Positions 1 to 7,977 of a stretch of 64,000 bases of DNA are shown piece by piece. Each line of letters opens with the position of its first letter. The first letter of the stretch is position 1. Made by a program: the position numbers and the translations under genes. Source of the stretch: Bacteroidia bacterium (lineage in GTDB: Bacteria > Bacteroidota > Bacteroidia > UBA7662); assembly GCA_046291695.1 (NCBI GenBank), contig JBKBSO010000009.1, positions 1,707-65,706 on the forward strand, written 5' to 3'. The notes beneath the pieces were generated by a model, which was not told where the DNA came from, made no database searches, and saw nothing but the letters and a program-made list of their open reading frames with translations.

Positions 1-667
1 CGTCAAAAATAAGCTCCGTTTGTGCCCCTACATGATTCACATACAGCAAAGGCTTTTGGTATTGCTGCACCGTATGCCCAAGCACAAAGGCACGTTCCCG
101 ATCGTGACCCACCGAAAAAGGTGAAGCCGCAATGTTTATTATCAAATCAGCGGCACTTGCCCCTAACTCCTCAAGCGGTTGTCGGGCGTAGCGGGCATGG
201 CTGCCTACATTCCATAAATCTTCACAAACACTCAGCGCCAGCTTAATGCCTTTGTATGCAATGAGTGTATTGCCACTTCCAGGTTCAAAATAACGATATT
301 CGTCAAATACATCGTAGGTAGGCAAAAGGGTCTTGGAAACCGTTTGCCTGATCTCACCCGATTCGAGAAAATACGCCGCATTAAATAGGGGTTTGCCTTG
401 TCCTGTGCGGTTACGGGCAGGTGCACCCATCACAATGGCTATTCCCTCAGCTGCAGCCGCCAGTCGGCCAACTACAGCGTCGCTCAGGGCTAAAAAATGC
501 TCAAACTCCAGAAAATCACGGGGCGGATATCCGGTAACCGACAATTCGGCAAACACAATCAAATCAGCTCCTGCCGACTTGGCCTGGGCCACTGCCTCAA
601 GCATTTGGGCCGTATTGGCTTCGAAATTTCCGGTATGGTAGTTTAACTGCGCAAGGGCAATCTTCAT
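1..667 (-). CDS. nadE: Glutamine-dependent NAD+ synthetase, N-terminal part (runs off window start)
   Basis: Manual translation from ATG at 667: MKIALAQLNYHTGNFEAN...DLIVFAELSVTGYPPRD...KTLLPTYDVFDEYRYF...VCEDLWN, a CN-hydrolase domain typical of NadE. Not in the ORF track because it is truncated. Confidence 0.9.
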   Translation of the reverse strand, partial: MKIALAQLNYHTGNFEANTAQMLEAVAQAKSAGADLIVFAELSVTGYPPRDFLEFEHFLALSDAVVGRLAAAAEGIAIVMGAPARNRTGQGKPLFNAAYFLESGEIRQTVSKTLLPTYDVFDEYRYFEPGSGNTLIAYKGIKLALSVCEDLWNVGSHARYARQPLEELGASAADLIINIAASPFSVGHDRERAFVLGHTVQQYQKPLLYVNHVGAQTELIFD

Positions 668-671
668 CGCT

Positions 672-1415
672 TCAAAATAAAATACCTAACTGCAAACCCA
701 CAGAAGGGGTACGCCCACTCAGCTTGTCGCCTCGATAGGCATCTGTAAACGGATTATCCAAGCGTAGGCCAATGAGCATTTGCGTATCGCCACTGAGCAA
801 ATATTCAATACCCCCGGCTATTAATACAGAGGCACGGAATAAAGACACACGGTCGTCAACAGTGAGCTCTTCATTGATCCTGTAGTCCTCCACTTTGTTG
901 ATAAAAAAGTATTCTTCTGGCTCAAAAACATCGGGCGTATTAATCACCCTGGCTTGTGCACGGGCCAATACACCGAGGTTCATACCAAACTGCCCAAAAA
1001 TGCGGATGGCCCCCATTTGGTTGGTGCGCATTTTCATACTCAAGGGCACTTCTATATACTGCACACGATATTCGTAAATTGGATTAAAGGCCTTAAAACT
1101 CGCACCACTCGGCAAACGAAATACCGATGAATCAATGGAGTTGCTGTATGCCAGCTGCTGAATGCTTAAACCCGACGAAAAAAAGTAGTTTTCGCCAATC
1201 CTGCGCTCCATGATGAGCCCATAGCCAAAACCCAACTTGGGAGCTTCGCGATTGAGCAAGCGGGTTTCGGGGGTTACCAGGGTATAATTCGGACTAAAAT
1301 GCAAGCCAAAACGGTACTTCGAATCGCCAAACTGAGCCAAAAGGGCCGATTGGGCAGAAATAGCGAGCAGGCTAGTGAGTATAATTTTCCGAAATGCAGG
1401 ACGCAACAAATTCAT
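672..1415 (-). CDS. Outer-membrane beta-barrel / PorT-like porin family protein
   Basis: Signal peptide, alternating beta-strand pattern, YIEVPLSMKMRT motif, C-terminal Phe (GLQLGILF). Confidence 0.7.
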   Translation of the reverse strand: MNLLRPAFRKIILTSLLAISAQSALLAQFGDSKYRFGLHFSPNYTLVTPETRLLNREAPKLGFGYGLIMERRIGENYFFSSGLSIQQLAYSNSIDSSVFRLPSGASFKAFNPIYEYRVQYIEVPLSMKMRTNQMGAIRIFGQFGMNLGVLARAQARVINTPDVFEPEEYFFINKVEDYRINEELTVDDRVSLFRASVLIAGGIEYLLSGDTQMLIGLRLDNPFTDAYRGDKLSGRTPSVGLQLGILF

Positions 1416-1460
1416 TAGCATAAGATTGTTTGTACTTTCGTGCTGTAAATAACGTGAAAA

Positions 1461-2510
1461 ATGTCAATTAAGCCTTTGTTGTCGAGACCTATTTTATTAA
1501 CGCTTCTCGGGTTTTTGCTTTTGCTCCTGTTGTGGTTATGGCTGGGCCGCGAAACCAAGCGCAAAGCCATCGAATTGCCCGATTCGGCCAAAATGGAAGT
1601 ACGCATTCACCGCTTCGATCAGGAATTATACGCGCTAAAAGACAGCCTCAGCCCCCAGCGCATGAGCCAACTGCGCCAAAAGTACGGTAACTTCTTCAAA
1701 ATATACATCGAGGAAATCGTGGCCCTTACCGGCATTAACGATCCTGGATTACATGAAGAACTGGGTGCCTTTTTAAGCGATCCTTATATCGACACCCTTT
1801 TTCGCGACGTACAAAAGCAATTCCCCGAGCTTTCGGCCATCGAAGCCGAGCTAAGCGAAGCCTACAGTTATTTTTACTACCTCTTTCCTGACCAACCTTT
1901 TTACCGGCCAATGGGCATGGTAAGCGCTTTTCAGTTTAAAAATGCCCTTAGCGACAGTGCCCTGATGCTGGGACTCGATTTGCACCTCGGCCGCCATTAT
2001 GTGTACTACCCTAAAGTAAGCTACATCACCGCCTATATGTTACCTCGTCTCGAGCCCAACCGTATGGTGCCCGACGCCATGCGCATGATGATTGAAGACA
2101 TGCTACCCCCCATGGGCTCACAACCCAACCTCATCTCCGAAATGGTAAATGCAGGCAAAGCGCTTTATGTGCTGCAGAGCATCATACCCGGAATAGCCGA
2201 CAGCCTGTTGCTCAACTATACCGCTGAACAAAGCGCCTGGGCAGCAACCAACGAATTATCGATTTGGGAGTATTTACTCAACGAAAACCTACTCTACAGC
2301 AACGACCGGCGCATGATTACCCGCCTGATGAACGACGGCCCCTTTACCGCTGGACTGCCGCAAGACTCGCCACCCCGACTGGGCGCTTTTGTCGGCTGGA
2401 AAATGGTAAGCCGCTTTATGAACAAAAACAAAGAGGTAAATCTGCCCGAATTGCTACAAACTCCCCCACAAGAAATCGTAAAAGCTTCGCGCTATAAAGG
2501 CAAAAGTTGA
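1461..2510 (+). CDS. gldB: Gliding motility protein GldB-like
   Basis: HRFDQEL, GLDLHLG, GPFTAGLPQDSPPRLGAFVGWKMV and YKG C-terminus match the GldB family; close to nadE as in other Bacteroidota. Confidence 0.8.
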   Translation: MSIKPLLSRPILLTLLGFLLLLLLWLWLGRETKRKAIELPDSAKMEVRIHRFDQELYALKDSLSPQRMSQLRQKYGNFFKIYIEEIVALTGINDPGLHEELGAFLSDPYIDTLFRDVQKQFPELSAIEAELSEAYSYFYYLFPDQPFYRPMGMVSAFQFKNALSDSALMLGLDLHLGRHYVYYPKVSYITAYMLPRLEPNRMVPDAMRMMIEDMLPPMGSQPNLISEMVNAGKALYVLQSIIPGIADSLLLNYTAEQSAWAATNELSIWEYLLNENLLYSNDRRMITRLMNDGPFTAGLPQDSPPRLGAFVGWKMVSRFMNKNKEVNLPELLQTPPQEIVKASRYKGKS

Positions 2511-2513
2511 AGT

Positions 2514-3209
2514 TTATTTGTTGATTTCAACAAACTTTTCAATATCCGAGCTTTTACCGAGTAAGATAATGTAGTCGGAGCTATACAATACCGTATCGGC
2601 CTTAGGTACACCCAGGATATGGTATTCGTATTGCATTTCGCCATCCTCATTGGTTACTTCATAGGCCCTGCGGAGGGTAATGAGGTTGAGGTTGTATTTG
2701 TTGCGCAATCCGATTTCGATTACCGTTTTATCGGCTACCCCAATGGGGGTTTTGAGTTCAACAATCTGATAATCGTCGGGCAACTGGAAGAAACTCACCA
2801 AATCGGGATTAAGCAAGCGACCTGCCACCGAAATGCCCACTTCGTCTTCGGGCGACAGCAATTCGTGAACACCCAATTTTTCAAGGATCCGGCGTTGTTG
2901 ATCGGTAGACGCACGGGCAATAATGCGCTTCACCTTCAGCTCCATCAGGGTTACGGTAGTGAGGAGCAGTGATTCGAAATCCTGCCCGATGGCCACAACC
3001 ACGGCATCCAGCTCGTGTACATTTTGGGCACGAAGCACCTTAATGTCGGTGGCGTCGAGTTGCACGGCATAGGCCACTTCATCGCGCAGGTTATCTACTT
3101 TTTCGGCCGAGGAATCGAAGGCCATCACTTCGGCACCACGCTGCGAGAGCGTACGTGCGATGGTGGTACCAAACCGGCCCAACCCTATAACACCGAATCT
3201 ATTTTCCAT
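2514..3209 (-). CDS. trkA: TrkA/KtrA family potassium uptake NAD-binding subunit
   Basis: VIGLGRFG Rossmann motif; TrkA-N plus TrkA-C layout. Confidence 0.85.
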   Translation of the reverse strand: MENRFGVIGLGRFGTTIARTLSQRGAEVMAFDSSAEKVDNLRDEVAYAVQLDATDIKVLRAQNVHELDAVVVAIGQDFESLLLTTVTLMELKVKRIIARASTDQQRRILEKLGVHELLSPEDEVGISVAGRLLNPDLVSFFQLPDDYQIVELKTPIGVADKTVIEIGLRNKYNLNLITLRRAYEVTNEDGEMQYEYHILGVPKADTVLYSSDYIILLGKSSDIEKFVEINK

Positions 3210-3832
3210 TGCACTTTTGCTTTAAGGTGATGTAATAAAACTTCAAGCCCTCGTTCAAAGCTGGTATTGTTGGTAATGATGATATCGCTTTGGGCTTTAT
3301 ACGGTTCGAGGTAGGCTTTGTACGATGGCATTACGTGATTATGCCACTGGTACAACACCGTTTCTTTGGGGTATCCCCTTTCGCTGGCATCTCGTCGAAT
3401 TCGTCGTTGGAGCTTAATCTCTTCTTCCGCATCCAGAAAAACTTTCAAATCGAGCAATTCCCGGATTTCGTCGTAGTGAAATATGAATAAACCTTCCATG
3501 ATGATGATGGGTGCAGGTTTATAGCAGATAAGCTCCGGCTTACGCTCAGGATTGTTAAAAGTGTATTCTTTTACAAAAATCTCATGACCGCTGATGAGTC
3601 GCATCACATCGTCGTGAAAACGCTGCCGGTCGATGGAAGCCGGTAAATCGAAATTCAACTCCCCTTTCGCATCACGCTGCTGCTGCTCAATGGGCACATA
3701 ATAATGATCTTGCGAAATTACCGTGATCTGGTAGGTGTCAAAATGCCGTGCCAGCTGCTCAATAAAAGAAGTTTTTCCTGATGCACTGCCCCCGACAATG
3801 CCAACCAAATACATCTGTTCGCGACTATTCAT
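3185..3832 (-). CDS. udk: Uridine kinase
   Basis: GGSASGKT P-loop, SQDHYY, NFDLP, RRIRRDASERG. Confidence 0.85.
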   Translation of the reverse strand: MNSREQMYLVGIVGGSASGKTSFIEQLARHFDTYQITVISQDHYYVPIEQQQRDAKGELNFDLPASIDRQRFHDDVMRLISGHEIFVKEYTFNNPERKPELICYKPAPIIIMEGLFIFHYDEIRELLDLKVFLDAEEEIKLQRRIRRDASERGYPKETVLYQWHNHVMPSYKAYLEPYKAQSDIIITNNTSFERGLEVLLHHLKAKVQWKIDSVL

Positions 3833-3941
3833 ATGCTGCGGTCAAATATACCCAGCTGTTGTGGGATTTTAAACAAAATATGGAGATCACTTCAACAGAA
3901 GAGCAAAAGCTTTCGGGAATTTATTCGCATTTTTGCATGCA

Positions 3942-4166
3942 ATGGCTAAGAAAAAAAACGAACCCGCATTTGAAGATAAACTGCAGCGCATTAAGGCCAT
4001 AGCCGATAAGTTGCAACGCGAAGAGCTTTCGCTGGATGACAGCATGGCGCTGTTTAAGGAAGCCGACCAGCTCATTCAGGAAAGTCGTAGCTTCTTGCAG
4101 CAGGCAAGCCTGAAGGTGGAAGAACTCATTAACCAAAGTACAGGCGAAACCCGCCCCTTCCACTGA
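3942..4166 (+). CDS. xseB: Exodeoxyribonuclease VII small subunit
   Basis: FEDKLQRIKAIADKLQREELSLDDSMALFKEA pattern; size. Confidence 0.85.
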   Translation: MAKKKNEPAFEDKLQRIKAIADKLQREELSLDDSMALFKEADQLIQESRSFLQQASLKVEELINQSTGETRPFH

Positions 4167-4167
4167 G

Positions 4168-4536
4168 ATGCATCCCGATCTCCAAAACCTGCCCGATAAG
4201 CTCAATGCTGAACAAAAGTTGGTGCACGATACCATCCATCAAATCAAAAAAGATTTTGTGAGCAACGGACTCGAATTGCAGCTAGATTGGAAAGCCGGCA
4301 TGCAATACCAAAACCTGGTAAATGAATTGGCAGCATCACTCGATTGGCTATTCGAAAACGACCGCCCACGACTGATGCAACTGCTTTATCGCATCGATCT
4401 CCCCGAATTTAAGCTGGCAGCATTGCTTAGTGACGAAAATGAACATGCATTGAGCATCGCTTTGGCCGACCTCATCGTGCGACGCGAAGCCCAAAAAGTG
4501 ATCATTCGAAATTTTTACAGTACAAGAACCCATTGA
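4168..4536 (+). CDS. Conserved hypothetical protein
   Basis: 122-aa ORF directly after xseB; helical, with LLYRIDLPE...RREAQKV. Confidence 0.6.
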   Translation: MHPDLQNLPDKLNAEQKLVHDTIHQIKKDFVSNGLELQLDWKAGMQYQNLVNELAASLDWLFENDRPRLMQLLYRIDLPEFKLAALLSDENEHALSIALADLIVRREAQKVIIRNFYSTRTH

Positions 4537-4562
4537 AACCATAAGCAGCTTAGCTTACCGTT

Positions 4563-4847
4563 ATGTCTAAATCATCTTCACACGCCCTTTTTTTGTGGAC
4601 TGCCCGTCTGGAAGGCAGCTCTTTTCTAATCCTCTTATTTTTAGCCATGCCCCTGAAGTATGGCTTGGATATGCCAGCAGCAGTTCAATACACCGGTTGG
4701 GCACATGGCGTATTATTTGTAGCCTATTTTGCAGCGCTAGCCCTTATTTGGAAAGCCGAATCCTGGTCGTTTGGCAAAGCCGCTTTGGCTGGATTTATGA
4801 GCCTGGTGCCCTTTGGCACTTTTTGGTTCGAGCGTAAACATCTTTAA
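4563..4847 (+). CDS. DUF3817 family membrane protein
   Basis: LEGSSFLILLFLAMPLKY, GWAHGVLF, VPFGTF motifs. Confidence 0.8.
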   Translation: MSKSSSHALFLWTARLEGSSFLILLFLAMPLKYGLDMPAAVQYTGWAHGVLFVAYFAALALIWKAESWSFGKAALAGFMSLVPFGTFWFERKHL

Positions 4848-4853
4848 ACGCGA

Positions 4854-5282
4854 CTAACCCATCAGGTTGTATCGCAAACGGCTGAGTATATCGTTCAGTT
4901 GCTCCCGCTCTTCACTTGCCAAACCATCCCACATTTGTAAAAGCACTTCGTTGGCAAGGGGTTCAACCTGTGCTTCAAGCGCCTTACCGGCCTCGGTAAG
5001 TAACACCAGCCGCGCGCGTTTGTCGGCAGGATCATCACTTCGAATCAATAATTGTTGCTGCTCAAGTCCTTGCAACATGCGCGTAAGCGACGAACGATCG
5101 CGACCTAATTTACGGGCATAAAACTCCTGGTGGGCACCATTCCGCGTCCAAAGCAAATGCATCAAACGATATTGATCGGCTGTAATACCAAGACCTGCTT
5201 CACGAAAAACCTGATCGAGCCGCAAGGCATGCATATTCCAAATACGACCGAATAATGCGGTTAATTGTCCCCTATCTAGCAT
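4854..5282 (-). CDS. MarR family transcriptional regulator
   Basis: wHTH with DRSSLTRML and DPADKRARLVLLTEAG; likely start MLDRGQ at 5282. Confidence 0.85.
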   Translation of the reverse strand: MLDRGQLTALFGRIWNMHALRLDQVFREAGLGITADQYRLMHLLWTRNGAHQEFYARKLGRDRSSLTRMLQGLEQQQLLIRSDDPADKRARLVLLTEAGKALEAQVEPLANEVLLQMWDGLASEEREQLNDILSRLRYNLMG

Positions 5283-5285
5283 AAT

Positions 5286-5301
5286 TGTTGCAGTTGCAAT
5301 A
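5286..5301. promoter_or_regulatory. Candidate MarR operator (TGTTGCA-gt-TGCAATA)
   Basis: Imperfect palindrome just upstream of the marR start, in the divergent marR/protease intergenic region. Confidence 0.5.
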
Positions 5302-5396
5302 TAATACATATTTCCAAAAACCCATGATTTTTCATGAATGCAGGAGAATTCGCGCAAACCACATCGGCATTTCGAGAGAATAGCTTAGTTTTGAAC

Positions 5397-6404
5397 ATGC
5401 GGCTTGGCTTACTCATCGGGTGCTTTGGGTTAATGGTGCATGCGCTTTTTGCGCAGCAGGCTGATTCGTTGTTGAACATGGCGTCAGATAGCAATGCCAC
5501 CATAGCTGCCCAATTCACAAACATGCGGCTCATGCAAGAGCCTGTGGTGCACGCGCCAGACGACGCCTACACCATTCCTTTCACCATGGCCGGTCGCCTA
5601 ATTTTAATTGAAGCGCGCATCGATACCTTACATGGCAACTTTATACTCGATACAGGTGCCCCACACCTCGTACTCAACAAAAGCTGGTTTCGTAAATACG
5701 GACGCACCGCCTATGTGACCGCTGGAGGCATTACAGGCGGCATCAGTGAAGTCATGACGGCCGTAATCGACGACCTTTTGATGCAAGGAATCCAATACAA
5801 ATACATAGAAGCGGATGTGATTGAGCTTAGCCATATAGAAAGCAGCCGGGGTGTAGCCATCCTTGGACTACTCGGCCTCAACCTCTTTAGCAACTTTGAG
5901 CTGATGATAGATTACGATCAACAGCTTATCCGACTCTACAAGCTCGATCGCAAAGGCAATCGACTTCAACCAACACCTGAGCACTTACAACTAGCCTATG
6001 AACTTCCCCTGCAAATTGCAAACAACACCCTATTGATAGACGGCAAACTCAATGGTGTAAACATGCGTTACTGTATTGATACCGGTGCCGAGTTAAATGT
6101 ATTGCATAACCGATTGCCCAAAAAAGCCATGGAAGATGTGAAAATTACCAGCCGAACCATGCTCAGCGGCACCAGTGCATCCAAAATTGAAGTCCTCCGA
6201 GGAACCGCCTCCGGCATGCAATTTGGAAAATACCATTGCATGCCGCAACCCGTACTCATTACTCACCTGGGCCACATGAGCCGGGCATTCGACCTGCGAA
6301 TTGATGGCATGTTGGGCTATGATTTTTTGTCGATTAGCCCGGTGAGTATCAACTTCAATCGCAAAACCCTGAGTATCTGGGTAAATAAGGAGGGCAACCA
6401 ATGA
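5397..6404 (+). CDS. Secreted double-domain retropepsin-like aspartyl protease
   Basis: Signal peptide; two catalytic motifs (FILDTGA, YCIDTGA), each followed by GLLG/GMLG. Confidence 0.85.
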   Translation: MRLGLLIGCFGLMVHALFAQQADSLLNMASDSNATIAAQFTNMRLMQEPVVHAPDDAYTIPFTMAGRLILIEARIDTLHGNFILDTGAPHLVLNKSWFRKYGRTAYVTAGGITGGISEVMTAVIDDLLMQGIQYKYIEADVIELSHIESSRGVAILGLLGLNLFSNFELMIDYDQQLIRLYKLDRKGNRLQPTPEHLQLAYELPLQIANNTLLIDGKLNGVNMRYCIDTGAELNVLHNRLPKKAMEDVKITSRTMLSGTSASKIEVLRGTASGMQFGKYHCMPQPVLITHLGHMSRAFDLRIDGMLGYDFLSISPVSINFNRKTLSIWVNKEGNQ

Positions 6405-7882
6405 AGCAGTATATCATCTGGCTCAGCCTTGTGCTTTTTAACTTGAGCAGCACTGCCATTCTTGCCCAAAAACCACCTGTTTTTAAGGCCGATGTGTATA
6501 GTTGTAATGCCGATGAAACCATCGTTAGCCTGCCCCGAAAACTCGACGGACGGGCCCTCGACTCGCTCATTGAGCTATTTGCCCTCGAAGATCTCGAACT
6601 CCACTACCTTTACGAATACGGCAAACTGGAACAAAGTGTTGCGGCTGCCGGCTGGCACTTAAGTCGGTTTGATAAGCATCAAATTGAGCTCCGTAAACCC
6701 AACATTATCCTGGATGAAGGCACTGAAATCCCCTTTAGCAAGACCGAATCTTGGGAAAATCGCTTGATGCTGGCCGATTATTTTGTGAAAAATAATTTTA
6801 ATACCGATCAATTTTACCCCACGGCCAGCTATGGCATCAACCGCTTCAAAGACAATTTTAATCCTATCAAACACCAAAACCGCGTTCGATTGGTACTTAA
6901 AGGACACGAACAAGCCAGGCAAGTGTATATTTCAGGCTCATTTAACAGCTGGAGTACAGGCAATACCCCCATGCTCCGTGATGCCGATGGCTGGTATTTC
7001 GAGAGCGATTTGCCTCCAGGTAAGCACCTATACAAATTCATAGTGGATGGCAAATGGCTCAGCGACCCGCTCAATTTGCAACAAGAACGCGACGGATTCC
7101 GAGGACATAATTCTGTACTCTTTGTGTACAACAAGCGTATGGTATTTGATGCCCTGCCCGATGCCCGCAGGGTTTGGCTGGTTGGCAGCTTTAACCAGTG
7201 GAACGAAAAAGAATTGCCCATGGTCCGTGCCAAAGGAAAGTGGGAACTCGAACTCTATTTGGCAGAAGGTACACATGCCTACAAGTTTAAGGCCGACAAA
7301 AAATGGTACCTCGACCCTGAAAACCCCATCGTACTGGCCGATCGGGATGGTTACGAAAATTCGTACTTAAGCATAGGCGATACCCTCTTTTTTGAACTTA
7401 AAGGATTCAGCCTGGCCCACGATGTTTTTGTGGCCGGGAATTTTAACCTCTGGAACCCTATAGAGCTGCGCATGCGTAAAACCGATTCGTCGTGGATCAT
7501 GCCCTATGTATTAGGTGCCGGCGTGTATGCCTATAAATTCATTGTAGATGGCCAATGGATGGCCGATCCTGAAGCAAGCTTCTTCGCAGGTACCGAACCC
7601 TACCGGAATAGCATTTTGATTGTAAAGCCCAATGTAATGATCAAGCTGAACGGCCATGAGTTTGCCCGTGAAGTCATTTGGGCAGGCTCCTTCAATGATT
7701 GGGAGCCCGAATCGCTCAGGCTAAGCTTTCAAGGCGATGGCTGGTACCTACCCTACTTCCTCAAACCAGGTAAACATACTTATAAATTTAAAATCGATGG
7801 CGAATGGGTACGCGATCCCGACAACCCGCTTTGGGAGCAAAATGAATTCGGCACCGGCAATTCTGTGCTGTGGATTAAGTGA
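6401..7882 (+). CDS. Secreted protein with four tandem CBM48/AMPK-beta-like glycogen-binding domains
   Basis: Four repeats of G(S/N)FNxW...YKFxxDxxWxxDP; ATGA overlap with the protease gene. Confidence 0.8.
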   Translation: MKQYIIWLSLVLFNLSSTAILAQKPPVFKADVYSCNADETIVSLPRKLDGRALDSLIELFALEDLELHYLYEYGKLEQSVAAAGWHLSRFDKHQIELRKPNIILDEGTEIPFSKTESWENRLMLADYFVKNNFNTDQFYPTASYGINRFKDNFNPIKHQNRVRLVLKGHEQARQVYISGSFNSWSTGNTPMLRDADGWYFESDLPPGKHLYKFIVDGKWLSDPLNLQQERDGFRGHNSVLFVYNKRMVFDALPDARRVWLVGSFNQWNEKELPMVRAKGKWELELYLAEGTHAYKFKADKKWYLDPENPIVLADRDGYENSYLSIGDTLFFELKGFSLAHDVFVAGNFNLWNPIELRMRKTDSSWIMPYVLGAGVYAYKFIVDGQWMADPEASFFAGTEPYRNSILIVKPNVMIKLNGHEFAREVIWAGSFNDWEPESLRLSFQGDGWYLPYFLKPGKHTYKFKIDGEWVRDPDNPLWEQNEFGTGNSVLWIK

Positions 7883-7977
7883 AATGAACACCTTTAACAT
7901 CGACGAAATCGTCGCCTAATTCAATAAACTAACTGGAATTTAGCACGCCTTAGCCTTACCTTGTCTATCTTTAAATC

